A stretch of DNA of 64,000 bases from Squalus acanthias (taxonomy: Eukaryota): the NCBI GenBank assembly GCA_030390025.1, contig CM059432.1, forward strand, positions 30,568,001-30,632,000. Reading direction: 5' to 3'. The notes beneath the pieces were generated by a model that was not told the origin of the DNA, ran no database searches, and was given only the letters and a program-made list of their open reading frames with translations. Positions 37,071 to 50,326 of the stretch are shown piece after piece. Position 1 is the stretch's first letter, and the number at the start of each line of letters is the position of its first letter. A program made the translations under genes and the position numbers.

Positions 37071-37289
37071 TTATCGGGAAGGCTGCTGCTGCCTGTGGGA
37101 CAGTATTACATCAAGATGTATTCATCTTGCAAAAGTTTATATGTGCCAGCACAGAATTAGGCTACCATATTTATCAATGTCACTGCATTGGATAAGCAGG
37201 AAACTTTGGTGACAGAGCTGATATTAAAGAGTGGGACAGGTTTTCTGATGATTTAGGAGCAAAGTTCTCCTAGCAAAAACTTGTTTCTT

Positions 37290-37419
37290 CTGATGGAAGG
37301 TCATCGACCTGAAACTTTAACTCTGTTTCTCTCTCCACAGATGCTGCCTGAGTGTTTCCAGCATTTTCTGTTTCTTTATTTCATTTCAGATTTCCAGCAC
37401 CAGCAGTATTATTCGTTTG
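37290..37419 (+). mobile_element. 130-bp hammerhead-bearing Penelope-type insertion
   Basis: 14-bp TSD aaaacttgtttctt (37276-37289, 37420-37433); begins ctgatggaaggtcatcgacctgaaa. Confidence 0.8.
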
Positions 37420-38059
37420 AAAACTTGTTTCTTGTTTTCAAGCTAATTCAATATCAAATTTTCACCTCCTTCCTTGATGCTTCCATGTTCTTTCAGCTTA
37501 GCTGCTTTCCTTTTGCAAACGCTCTGATAAAATCTTTCCTGAAAATCAAGATCCACAACATTAGCCGCATTACTGCCACTCTGCCAGTCCTGTCTCACCC
37601 TTAAGATATTCCAATAAACAGCTATGCATGACTTACCTTCCATAAACCCACAATACCTTGGATTTATTGCCTCTACTCACAGTAGATGTACTTCATTTAC
37701 TTTTTTCATAATGAGCGTCAATATTTTTCACAGTGTCAATCTCTGAGATAGCTACATGCGCAGGGTCATACTTGCAAAACAAAGACAGATTTAATACTTT
37801 GAAGCTGTACCTGACACTAATTTAGTATATTCATGCGATTGATATTTCTTAATCTCTTTAAATATTACAGATGTCAGGAGAAGTACAATGTCATCAAAGT
37901 GTTAGATGGCAGTCAAATGCTTTTATACTTTTTGTTACCCAGCGTCTGCATCAGTCGTTCCCAGGTAAGGAATAACACAACTTAAAAGCGCAGCAAAATT
38001 CTATCTAATTCACAACAATGTGCTCTTGACTGTGACCTCTGACCAGAGAGCTGTAATGC

Positions 38060-38310
38060 CTTTTACTGCCACTTCAATTCAGTGCCTCTGGTGGAGGTGG
38101 GCTCTAGGCCTGGGTCCAATAGGTGCCACAACGCACCAGCAACCTCCTGAAGGAAGTGTAGTCTTCTCACTCATTGTTCATTGGTGAGATCCAGCGAGGA
38201 GCACCTTGAGTACCTGGGCTTGGGCACCAGATGCCTCCTATGGTGCTTGACACGTTTTGTGGCCCTCAGAGGTTCCATAACCTCCATCTCCTTCCTCATC
38301 ATAAGTGCAG
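38060..38310 (-). pseudogene. Ancient Harbinger transposase N-terminal remnant
   Basis: SSLDLTNEQ*VRRLHF resembles SYINLSEEQCLRRLRF of the 11431-11754 segment. Confidence 0.5.
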
Positions 38311-38651
38311 TAAAGGAGCATTGCCAGCAGAAACACTGTTCTTCTGCCCTGTGGTGAACCGTATTGTGAAAAGAAAACACAGTACCAGGAGTAATGCTGA
38401 GATAAGTGTCGAGGTAAACCTTGAGGTAAACAAATCTTTAGCAGATGAAAAATCTTTAGCAGCGAAGTTGCCACCATTGCAGTAAAGGAGGCCTTTTACA
38501 ATACTTCCACCTGTCTGCCGATGCCTAGCAATCGGCCGCATTTCTGTTATAGAGGTGTTTGTTAAGGTAGGGAGGTCACAGGCGGTAGGAGAGGGAAATG
38601 GAGCAGGAAGTACTACTGGTTCATTTTAGTTGGATTTGCATGAGGCACATG

Positions 38652-39393
38652 GGGGGAAAAATTAGGTCGCGCCCCGTTTGGGGCGCAAATATCGTCTGGA
38701 CGCAAATATTAGCGCCTGGCGCTAATTATCGCCACTGACTGGAAACTTCACTTTTACCGCCCCGGGAGGTGAGTGGAGCGCTAAATCAGGATCTGCACAC
38801 CTGTCTTAAGGCGCAAAGGCCGAGCAGTGAGGCGCTAACTCAGCACGCGAGCGCAGCGCAGGTGCTGCCAGTTAGCGAGGGAACACAGACACACTGGCGC
38901 CGGCCAGTTCTTAAAGCGGGGGGGGGCCCAACTGTTAGGATCAGTAGGCAAAACTACCTCACAAAGCGTTGACTCAATGCAGAAGTCTCTCTTTCTCTCT
39001 CTCCGAATCTCTCTCTCTCTCTCAGAACGAGTGGTGCAAAAATGTCAACCACAGAAAAAGACAGGAAGAGGCCCCCTTTAAATAGCGCCCCCCCCAGCCC
39101 CACAGCGATTGATAGCATTCCAGTCTTCCAGTCGTTGGATGCGCCAGGCGGTAAGGCAGGGGGCGCCACTCAATTTCCGCTCCGGGGCGCCACAAGGGCG
39201 TTGCACCATGGAATGACGTCACAATCTGCGCGCGCAGGTGGTCGCAGTGGTAAGGTTTAGCGCCGCTGCACAATGTCTAGTTAAGTTCCCGAGCGGCGCA
39301 AACATCGCTGCGCCCGGGCGTTAGCGGCTTTGCGCCCCATTAGCGCCCTCTTAAGGCGCTAACGGGAGGCGCAACCAACTGAATTTTTACCCC
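38652..39393. mobile_element. Harbinger MITE (same family as 3637-12336 and 8276-9168)
   Basis: TIRs GGGGGAAAAATT / AATTTTTACCCC and TSD ATG (38649-38651, 39394-39396). Confidence 0.92.
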
Positions 39394-39879
39394 ATGGGAT
39401 TTTAGTGGGAAGCACGACTTGCTTTTTTGTAATTGGGCGGTGAAACTCCACTCGGCCTCCTTGACCCGTTTCCCTCCCCTGCTCACATGGAAACCACCCA
39501 AAATCGGGTTATAAATGGGAGGAAAATCTGGGCCAACATTTCTTATTGTCAACTGCTAATCTCATTCTGGTTCAGAGACAGACAAAATAGATGGATGATT
39601 TATAGCACCTGTGAGTTTTTTTTAGCTTATACTTGGAATTCAAAAGCAATTATTATTCACAAAAAGATGTCATTATGCAACTATTCTAACAATGGCCAGA
39701 GCATTCTGTTACCCAGTCTCAAAACTTATAAATACCAAAATGCATGCATAGTCAAAATAAATTAATATTTCCAGTATGCAGTAAGCCATTGAATAAAAAT
39801 TCTTGGTTGTGTTTGTGCCAAGGTTGTTTCTTTATCTAACTCATGTTTATTAAACGAGCCATGTCTTTATTTAAGAGAA

Positions 39880-40250
39880 AGAAGAACTTGCCTTTTTGTA
39901 GCACCTTTTCATAACTTCAGGAGGTTCCAAAATGCTTCACAGCCAATGAAGTGCTTTCTTGATATGTAGCCACTGCTGTAATGTAGGGAAACGCATCAGC
40001 CAATTTATACGCAGCAAGGTCCCACAACCAGCAATGAGGTAAATGACTAGATAATCTGTTTTAGTGATGTTGGTTGTGGGATAAATATTGGCCAGGATAC
40101 CAGAAGTCTTCTGCTCTTCTTCGAATAGTGCCATGGGATCTTTTACGTCCACCTGAGAGGGCAGACGGGGCCTCGGTTTAACGTCACATCTGAAAGACGT
40201 CGCCTCTAACAGTGTAGCACTCCCTCAGTTCTGCAATGGAGTGTCAGCCT
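39880..40250 (-). mobile_element. Deu-domain SINE
   Basis: Reverse complement of the 61205-61672 family. Confidence 0.75.
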
Positions 40251-41144
40251 GTGAGAGAGACAGAGAGAGGTTTTCACTGCGTTTCCGGCAAAGTTAAAGA
40301 AGCGGCGTGGGAGCAGCTCCAAAGAAATCCCCAACCAAAGGAATAGGTGAGAGAGAGAGAAAAAGAAAGTGTGACAAGGTTACACAGAACAAGAAGGAAA
40401 GAAAAATATACAGAAACTGTGTGAGGCACATACAGAATAGAGGAATCAATGAGAAAGGCACAATCGGGAGAGTGTGAGAGAGTTGGAGACAACGTAATTT
40501 TAATTGGCAGATTTTTTTTTAAGTGCCCGTGTTCTGCCTCCCTCACCCCATCCAGTATTGGAGTAGGTTGCAGCTGGTTACTGTAACAGCTGGCGATGCA
40601 GCTGGCAAGTGCTCAGCTCACCGACATCGTTTTAAATTACAGTTTGGTTTAAAGTGCCAGTCAGCAGAGCACGTGGCAACTGTTTGAGCAGCTGTTCCAG
40701 CTTAAAACCTTCTTTGTTCTTAGTCGGGTTGAAAGAGGCAGAACTGACAGCATACTGATTAAACTGAAAGTTTTATGGTGTGACACTCATAACATTGCGT
40801 ATCCTTTCACTTACCATGAGCAGTGCTATGGGAGGTCCACGAGTGTATACACATGTTTTGTGTCTAATGTAAGGCAGTCACAACTCAAATCTGAATGTCA
40901 TATGCCACGCATCAAAAGTCACACTTCAAAATGTCACACTTGACTACAGATCGACAAGAACCTTTTAAAATAAGTGCCAGTCATTGACATGTAACCTAAA
41001 ATTTAAAATCGATTGCAACAGCCCTCTGATTGATCTTGACAGTTTACAAGGAGCAACAGGTATCTGGATTTGACTATTAAAAACATCACCAAAATAGCAC
41101 AATTGCAATTCTGGCCACAGTCTAGCCATGCACAATAAAAAAGA

Positions 41145-41600
41145 AAGAACTTGCATTTACATAGCACCTTTTACGACCTCAGGACCTCCCAAAAAACTTT
41201 AAAGCCATTTTGAACTGCAGTCACGTTTGTAATGTAGGAAACGAGGCAGCCAATTTGCACACAGCAAGATCCCATGAACAGCAATGTGATAATTACCAGA
41301 TAATCTGTTTTTTAGTGACGTTAATTGAGGGATAAGTATTGGCTAGGGCACCGGGGAGAGCTCAACCTGCTCTTCTTTGAAATAGTGTCATAGGATCATT
41401 TACGTCCCCCTGAGAGGACAGACAGAGCCTTGGGCTAACGTCTGATCTGAAAGATGGCATCCCCAACAGTGCAACGCCCCCTCAATAATGCACCGAAGTG
41501 TCAGCCTAGATATTATGCTCAAGACTCTGGAGTGGGACTTGAAACCACGACCTTCTGACTCAGAGGTGGCGTGCTACCCACTGAGCCACTGCTAACAATG
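41145..41600 (-). mobile_element. Deu-domain SINE, full length
   Basis: Tail, central domain and tRNA head (gggacttgaa...ctgagccac) all present. Confidence 0.8.
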
Positions 41601-41739
41601 CCATGGGATATCTATTTACGTTAATAATCAGGCTAAGATCCTGAAATTATGCCATGGGATTCTAACATATGAAAGCTTAATGGCCTCAAGCAAATACGGT
41701 GCCTCAAGCATACTTCAACAACAAGAACAACTTGTATTT

Positions 41740-42162
41740 ATAGAAACATAGAATCTAGGTGCAGGAGTAGGCCATTCGGCCCGTCGAGCCTGCTCCACCA
41801 TTCAATACGATCATGGCTGATCATCCAAATCCAGTACCCTGTCCCTGCTTTAATCCCCACAGTACACATATCCCACCCTAGCCCCGTAACCCCACATGTT
41901 TAATTCCCCCTAACATATCCCATCCTATCCCCATAACCCCACATATTTAATCCCCCCCTAACACTAAGGGTCAATTTATCATAGCCAAATCAACCTACCC
42001 CGCACATTTTTGGACTGTGGGAGGAAACCGGAGCACCCGGAGGAAACCCACGCAGACACGGGGAGAATGTGCAAACTCCACACAGACAGTCACCTGAGGT
42101 CAGATTCGAACCCGGGTCTCTGGCGCTGTGAGGCACCAGTGCTAACCACTATGCCACCGTGT
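41740..42162 (-). mobile_element. HE1-like V-SINE
   Basis: Near-identical reverse complement of 15222-15647, including its internal duplication. Confidence 0.85.
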
Positions 42163-42179
42163 TGCCTTTTTTTTGCCGT

Positions 42180-44300
42180 GTTGCGTATTTATATAGCGCC
42201 TTTAACGTAGTAAAACGTCCCAATTCACTTCACAGGATGTTTTAAGGAGCGTCTTAAAGGAGGAAAGAGAAGTAGAGAGGTGGAATTCCAGAGCTTAGGG
42301 CCTTGGCAGCTGATGGCACGGCCCCCAGTGGTTGAGCGATTAAAATCGGGAATGCACAAGAGGCCAGAAGTAGAGGAGCGCAGATATCTCAGGGGGTTGT
42401 GGGGCTGAAGGAGATTACAGAGATAAGGAGTGGTAAGGTCATGGAGGGATTTGAAAACAAGGATGAGAATATTAAAATCGAGATGTTGTAGGTCAACGAG
42501 CACAGGAGTGATGGGTGAACAGGACTTGGTGCAAGTTAGAATACGGGCAGCAGAGTTTTGGATGACCTCAAGTTTACGGAAGGTGAAAGATGGGAGGCCG
42601 GCCAGTAGTGTATTGGAATAGTCAAGTCAAGTGGTAACAAAGGCATGGATGAGGGTTTCAGCAGCAAATGAGCTGAGGCAGGTGCGGAGTCGGGCGATGT
42701 TATGGAGGTGGAAATAGACGGTCTTAGTAATGGCGCGGATATGTGGCTGGAAACTCATCTCCTGGTCAAATACATATAACACCAAGGTTGCGAACAGTCT
42801 GGTTTAGCCTCAGACAGTTGCCAGGGAGAGGGATGAAGTCGGTGGCTAGGGAACAGAGTTTGTAGTGGGACCGAAAACAATGGCTTCGGTATACCCATTA
42901 TTTAGTTGGAGGAAATTTCTGCTCATCCAGTACTGGATGTCAGACAAGCAGTGTGACAATTTAGAGACAGTGGAGGGGTCAAGAGAGGTGGTGGTGAGGT
43001 AGAGCTGGGTGTCGTCAGCATCCATGTGGAAACTGATGCTGTGTTTTTGGATGACATCACCGTGGGGCAGCATGTAGATGAGAAATAGGAGGGGGCCACA
43101 GATAGATCCTTGGGGGACACAAGAGATAACGATGCGGGAACGGGAAGAGAAGCCATTGCAGGTGGCGCTCTGGCTGCAACTGGATAAATAAGAATGGAAC
43201 CAGGCGAGGGCAGTATCACCCAGCTGGATGACGGTGGAGAGGTGTTGGAGGAGGGTTGTGTGGTGAACCATATCAAAGGCTGCAGACAGGTTGAGAAGGA
43301 CCACTGTCACAGTCAAATAGGATGTCATTTGTGACTTTGATAAGAGCCGTTTCGGTACTGTGGGAGGGGTGGAAACCTGATTGGAGGGATTCAAACATGG
43401 TGTTCCAAGAAAGATGGGCACGGATTTGGGAGGTGACAGCACATTCAAGGACTTTGCAGAACAAAGGGCGGTAGTTTGCAAGGACGGAAGGGTCATGGGT
43501 TGGTTTTTTGAGGAGAGGGGTGATGATGGCAGATTTGAAGGAGCGGGGGAATGTACCTAAGGAGAGAGGACCGTTAACAATATCAGCTAATATGTGAAGG
43601 GAAGTTGGGTGGTCAGCAGTTTAGCGGGAATCGTGTCAAGGGAGCAGGAAGTGGGTCTCATGGACAAGATGAGCTCGGAGAAAGCATGAGGAGAGCTAGG
43701 AGAGAAACTAGACATAGGTGCGAGTTCAGGGCTAGGGCAGGGAAGTTTGGCCCTGTGGGCGAGGGGAAGGGAGAGAAGCGGCAGAGGCAGCTGATTGGAT
43801 GGTCTCAATCTTAGTGACAAAGAAGTCCATGGGCTCCTTGCACTTGTTGTTGGAGGTGAATGTGGAGGAGACAGGGGAGAGGGGTTTAAGATGGTTAGCA
43901 GTGGAGAATAGAAGCCGGGTTATCTTTGCATTCCAGAATGATCCTGGAATAGTGAGCAGTTTTGGCAGACGAGAGCAGGACCCGATAATGCTTTATGTGG
44001 TCCAACCAGATCTGAATGTGGAATGACTAAACCAGTTGTACACCATATCCATTCAAGTCTGCGTTCCTTGGACTTTAGGGAGCAGAGATGAGGGCCGGGG
44101 GGAATGACCAGGGTGAGAGAGAGTAATGGTTTTAATGGGGACTAAGGCATCAAAGATGGACGTGAGGGTGTGGTTGAGCAGATTGGTAGCTGCAGAAATG
44201 TTGTGGTGAATGGAGGGTCAAGGCTAAACAGCTGGGATTTTGAAAGTGCAGTTGTAAGTGAATTGGAAAGATTTTCCAGGGGTGGACACAGAAGGAAGTA
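42180..44300 (-). mobile_element. L2-type LINE, degenerate ORF2
   Basis: CSLDTIP, QSGFHPSHSTETAL, LSAAFD, VPQGS and ADDTQLY motifs across frames. Confidence 0.85.
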
Positions 44301-45664
44301 GGGTTGGGAGATATAGCTTTGGTAGCAGTCTGTTGGAAGGGCCAGAAACTAAGCTGGGACCCAGATAAACTGGGTCCTGGCTTTATGTTGTGGATCCTGG
44401 GGGTGGCGGGGAGCCTCAGTGGGACCGGATACATGACCATTTGCATTGAGTAGGTGGGCTTGGAGACTCACTTGATCGGGAGTTCCAACTTTCCTGCCCC
44501 TCAGTGGGACCAGATACAACGCTAGCAGAGGTACGCCTGGTCAGACCAGTTGTGTCTCCCCAAAAACTGGTGGTTGTGAGTCCCACCCGGGGGTCCAGTT
44601 GGAGGAACAATTCGACAGGCAGGTGACCTTAGTCTTGCGGGCACCTACCATTAGCAATCAAATGAAGGACCCTCACCCTGACTGTAAGAAAGCATATCCA
44701 GTCTCCAGTTGTCCCTGTCTCCAGTTTTCTCCATCTCCAGTTGTCTCTATAAAGCGCATGTGGTTCATCTATAGGATGTCATGCTGGAGCATATAGGAGC
44801 ATATGGCTATGTTTAAAGTCTGTCAGTAACAGCAGTGGAGGTGGGTATATCTCAGCAGTCACAGCAGGATGTGCTCCACAGCGAATTTGCAGGGTCAATG
44901 AATACAATCTGAATTCCTTACTCCACTATTGTAATAAAGGAGTTAAACCATTTTCTTAAAGTCCACTTTCAAACTTTAATGAGGAGAAGAACTACTCTGG
45001 TTGCTATGGGTAGCATCATGGTAAGACCTTTCATGAAGATTTCCTCTAGTGCTTAAGCTAGCATCTATGGTTTTGCCCGAAATACAGACCAGAAGGAAAT
45101 TTTCATGAACACATTTAACATGTTACTACACACACCGTAACTCCTCCCTTCCAAGTGTCCCAGAAAATTATTCGGACCTGATGTTAGCAGAAGTCTTCTG
45201 CTTGCGGAGATTGTGTTCTGAACCCACAGTGGAATAGTTTCCCATTTTGCTTCTGGAAGATTATCAATGCAAATGGACTTTCCCTTCCCTATCCCCACAG
45301 CATCTAACCTGATTTTGGTTCAACAATGTTATGGTAATATGATACGCAGATATGGACGGCTTACTTGATATCAATTAATTTCCAATGTACAGATATTGGA
45401 ATATAGTTTGAATAAATGTTTCCCCCTTCCCAACGCAGTATGATTGTTTTAACAGTATTATTGATTTCTGTCTCCCTGGGGGAACCAGTTTTATTTGCTC
45501 TCAGCTCAGCCAATTATGACATGAGAAGTAACACTGATATTACAGTACTAAAGCTACTCCAATATTAGGAACAAATGTGTTGGTGTAATAGTATGCTATA
45601 AAACTAAAATATATGCTGAGGAAACAGTTCTTCAATTGAACGAGCAAGCACCCTTCATATCCAC

Positions 45665-46300
45665 TCTAACAAAAGTAAAATACTGCAGATGCTAGAAAGC
45701 TGAAATAACAACAGCAAATGCTGGAAATACTCAGCAAGCCAGGCAGCATCTGTGGAGAGAGAAACAGAGTTAACATTTCAGGTCGATGACCTTTCATCAG
45801 AACTGGAAGATGTTAGAGATGAACAGGTTTCAAGCAAGAAAAGTGTCAGGAAAAAGCGGGGGGCTAGGAAAGAACAAAGGGGCGAGGTCTATGACAGGGT
45901 GGAAGGCATGAGTGATTAAATGACAAAAGGGATAATGATGCAAAGCAAAAGGAGGTAATAATGGGACAAGTACAGAAACAAAAGATGGGTCCAGAGGAGG
46001 TGTAAATAATTATAGCAGATTGGGAGGATAGCATGGAAAATCTGGGGAAGCAGAGAAGGTTGCTGTGGTCTGGGAATGTGGCAAAAGAAAGGCTGGTAGA
46101 CCCCAAGGCTGCGGACCACCTGCTGGCCGAATACTGATAGGAGATCCCCACCCCAAGCACCAGGCCACACATCCTCCACTCTCAGTGGCTCTTGTGTGGC
46201 CATTCTCCATTACCAGCACCTGCTGTCTGAGTGAAAATGGGAGTCGTGGTTAAGATCTAAAGTTTAACTCAATGTTAAAACCAGAAGGCTGTAAAGTACC
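45665..46300 (-). mobile_element. Penelope-like 3' fragment with hammerhead (45768-45803)
   Basis: Minus strand reads LGTLQPSGFNIELN, then ctgatgaaaggtcatcgacctgaaatgttaac. Confidence 0.7.
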
Positions 46301-47559
46301 TAGTAGAAATCCAGTCTTCGGCCAAATAAAATGCCAGTTTTTCTGAAGCTCCAGAATGGATATTGGGAACCAGGTAATTTGCTTTTTTATGGGAGCAATG
46401 CTTAGGGAAGAAAGGAGAGGTGAGATTGGTTGAACAAATTGCAAACTTTATAGATAAATACCAAGGGCTCAGTTGGTTAAAACTGCCATTCAGACGTGGG
46501 ACTTCCTGATTTGAATCCAACTCAGATTAATAGGTTAAAGGTCTCTGCTGGCTGTAAGAATCTCATCTGAAGTGAGTACTGGCACCCTCAATGCATTTTC
46601 TATAGATATGGACCTGCAGTACAAATCTGACCACTGTTTAGCACAAACGAGCAACCAGAGTGGGAGAGGACATAAATATGGCTGGAACAGCTGGCTGGTC
46701 ACCTAAGACTGGGGATTAGTTGCATGGTAGGGACATTCTCAAATTGGAAGAGTTCTAATACTTACCACTGACATCCCTCCCCCGCTAGGAGCACAAACAA
46801 AACCCAAATAAGTACAGCAACTTTTCTGCTGCTTTTCAATGCCTTTCTTTGAGAGGCCAACATGGCGATTTTTCAATTTAATTTTTGCGGCTAGCTTCTC
46901 CCAGCCATTCCAGGGAATTATGTTGTCACACAACTTCCCAATATCAGCTGACTAACAGGCACTTTATCTGGATAGAAAGTAGAGAAGTCATTGATTGAGC
47001 ACTGGAAAACTTAAAACACACATATGCAGATGGTTAGATTTGAAGAACAGATCCGTATGTCAAGGGAAGTTTGAGTTTTGAAAGCCAAGTTATTAATCAA
47101 GTTATGCCTCAGTACAAACTGTCAGTGGAATCAGTCTGTTTTGCAATTTATTCCTGATTTGTATTTTCCTTTAGTGCTGCCATCCGTCACATTTTCTTTG
47201 TCTAATCTCACAAAATGATTGCACAGTTGATAGAAAGAGTAAAACAATGTGGAGAATATGGATGTTTTTTAAATTGAGAACCTGAGGTAAAGAGGCAAAG
47301 CCCATAGTGCAGGCTGTCACCAAGGTAAAACCGAGTAGAGCAGAAGATCAATCAAGAAATAGTATTCAGATGATGCCAAGATAGTGTTATAAAGGCTTAT
47401 AGATTGTAAGAGGAAGGGATGAATGAAGGTGATAAGGAGTTCCACAGATTTAAGATCTGGGGAAAGAATGAACTGGAGCACAGTCTTGATTTCAACAGTG
47501 TAAGGAGCAAGGTAAGTGTGGTGTATGTAGATCTTAGGAAGAAGAATGAAGCTGAGGCT

Positions 47560-48010
47560 TGGGAGGTTAAATTATGAGGACGGGTTGTATCAACTTGGCT
47601 TGTATTCCCTTGAGTGTAGAAGATTGAGGGGTAATCTGAATGATGTTTAAAATGCTAAAATGATTTGATAGCATAGATATGGAGAAACTTTTTGATCTGG
47701 TGAGGGAATCCAGAACGATAGGACAAAATCTTAAAATTAGAGCCAGGCCATTCAGGAGCAAAATCAGGAAGCACTTTTTCACATAAAGGGTAGTAGAAAT
47801 CTGAAACTCTTTTCCCTAAAAAGGCTGTGGATGCTGGGACAATGGGAGCTTTCAAGACTGAGATCGATAGATTTTTTGTTAGAAAGGGGTATCAAAGGAG
47901 CAAAGGTGGGTAAATGGAGTTGAGGTGCAGATCACCCATGATCTAATTGAATGGCGGAGCAGGCCCAAGGGGCTGAATAGTCTACTCCTGCTCCGAGTGT
48001 TCCTATGTTC
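47560..48010 (+). mobile_element. Old CR1 3' fragment
   Basis: Decayed RT C-terminus and CR1 tail. Confidence 0.7.
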
Positions 48011-48189
48011 CTCAGAAGAGAGGAAAGTCCAGGAAAAAAAATGTCACAATAGTATTTATAAGTAGAGACAACAGACAAGAAAGATTGGTGGGAAGCAAAA
48101 GGTAAGAGAAGAATCACCTATCAGGGAGCAAATTTTCTCTTGTGTCAATGTATGGTTGAACTGCGAGAAGAGCTCAACTAGCTATGGAT

Positions 48190-49108
48190 TCTTAGGCAGT
48201 CCCTCGGAACCAAGGATGACTTGCTTCCACATTAAAAATGAGTTCTCAGGTAACTGATGAGTCCAATGCGGGACCTACAGTCTCTGTCACAGGTGGGGCA
48301 GACGGTGGTTGAAGGGGCGGGTGGGTGGGGTGGGTGGGGTGCTTGGGTTGACGTGCGCTCCTTGCGCTGCCTGCGCTTGGCTTCCGCTTGCTCCCGGTGA
48401 AGAGACTCAAGGTGTTCGGCGCCTTCCCGGATGCTTCTCCTCCACTTTGTGCGGTCTTGGGCCAGGGATTCCCAGGTGTCGGTGGGGATGTTACACTTTT
48501 TCAAGGAGGCTTTGAGGTGTCCTTGAAGTGTTTCCTCTGCCCACCTGGGGCTCTCTTGCCGTGTCAGAGCTCCGAGTAGAGCGCTTGTTTTAGGAGTCTC
48601 GTATCGGGCATGCGGACGATGTGACCCGTCCATCGGAGCTGATCGAGCATAGTCAAAGCTTCGATGCTGGGGATGTTGGCCTGAGCGAGAACACTGACGT
48701 TGGTGCGCCTATCCTGCCAATGGATTTGCAGGATCTTGCGGAGGCAGCATTGGTGGTACCTCTCCAGTGCTTTGAGGTGCCTGCTGTACATGGTCCATGT
48801 CTCTGAGGCATACAGCAGGGTGGGTATCACTGCTGCTCTGTAGACCATGAGCTTAGTGCCGGGTTTGAGGTCCTGGTCTTCAAACACTCTCTTCCTCAGG
48901 CGACCGAAGGCCGCACTGGCACACTGAAGGCATACGAGAGCATGGGCCTTACACTAAACATCCGTAAGACAAAGGTCCTCTACCAACCTGCCCCTATCAC
49001 ACAATACTGCCCCCCGATTATCAAAATCCACGACAAGGCCTTGGACAACGTGGACCACTTTTCATACCTCGAGAGCCTACTGTCAACAAGGGCAGACGTC
49101 GATGATAA
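48190..49108 (-). mobile_element. RTE-clade LINE, 5'-truncated with 5' inversion
   Basis: TKLMVYRA.V.PTLLY.SETW...LRWTGH..RM and a C-terminal C2H2 (CPTC...H). Inverted segment ~48925-49108; TSD agctatggat (48180-48189, 49109-49118). Confidence 0.9.
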
Positions 49109-50326
49109 AGCTATGGATAGTTCCATGATGGAACTCAAGAATACAAAGGTATAAAAGGAATGTGGTGGTAGATGTAATGGTTATGTTACTGGTTTGCTAA
49201 TGTCCTTCAGAGAAGGGAACTTGCCACCTCTACTCAGTCCTGTAATTCTGTTTCATACATTGTGGCAGCTCTTTATACCCTCTGAAATAGCTGAGCAAGA
49301 CACTCAGTTATACCAATAATGACTAGGTAGACATTATTGGACAGGAGTCCCACCACTACCTTCTCAGGTTAGCTATCGACGGGCAATAAATACATCATTG
49401 CCTTCTGAGAACAATTTTATTTTTAACTATTTGAAATTTGCTCCAGCTGTTAGCTACCTCCAACTAGATTGTACAGGTATGGAAAAATCTCCTCAATAGT
49501 TATCACACTCGATTATTAGGGAAAACCAACAAGACTGAGAACAGCTGTCATTGTTCCCTATAAAAATAGCACCACACCGAGTGCATCCGAACATCGTCCA
49601 ATGCCGCATTGTCGATTGTTCTGGAATTTTCTATATATTGAACCATTCACTGCAAAATTAGAACGATTCTCAAGACACTTAGAAAGCCTTTGAAGCAACT
49701 GAGAGGTACTTAATCATGGTGCAGTCAGCTTGGCATGTGGAGTACGACAGAGCTTTGTTTATTTTCAGAAGTTACTGTCTCCTGAATATCAGCCTCCACA
49801 AGACAGCATGCTTTCAGTCCCAATTAGCTGTCATCCCAGAAGTCCAGAAAGCATTAACTGCATTCCTTTCATTTTTTTAAAGATGGGACTCAAGTCTTCA
49901 GTAGCTGTTCTGAAAAACTGTAAAGTAAATTAGAGAGATGGAAACCTTCTGACCTTTGTGTTGTGTAAGAAAATATTTTCTGATTTACTATCATCAATTC
50001 AGCTCTTTCTGCTCATTTGTGCTTTCTGTCTTGGGCAAGTGACAATCCCTCTATTTCTCACTGGATACAGATTTTGTTTATTCATTTTATAATTCATTCT
50101 TGGGGTGTGGGCTTCACTGGCAAGGCCAGCATTTATTGCCCATCTCTAGCTGCCCTGAGCAGGTGGTGAAACAAAAGAATGGCTTGCCAGGCCACTTCAG
50201 AGTCAACCTTGCTGAGGGACTGGAGTTACACATAGGCCATATCAGGTAAGGTCAGCAGGTTTCCGAAAGGACATTCACAAAGCAGTTGCAAATTTTTATA
50301 ACAATTCACAATAAATTCATGGTCAC

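Noticed and set aside
45136..45308. Possible minus-strand exon LDAVGIGKGKSICIDNLPEAKWETIPLWVQ
   Set aside because: Protein-like but with poor acceptor and donor and no recognised homology; cannot be supported without a search.
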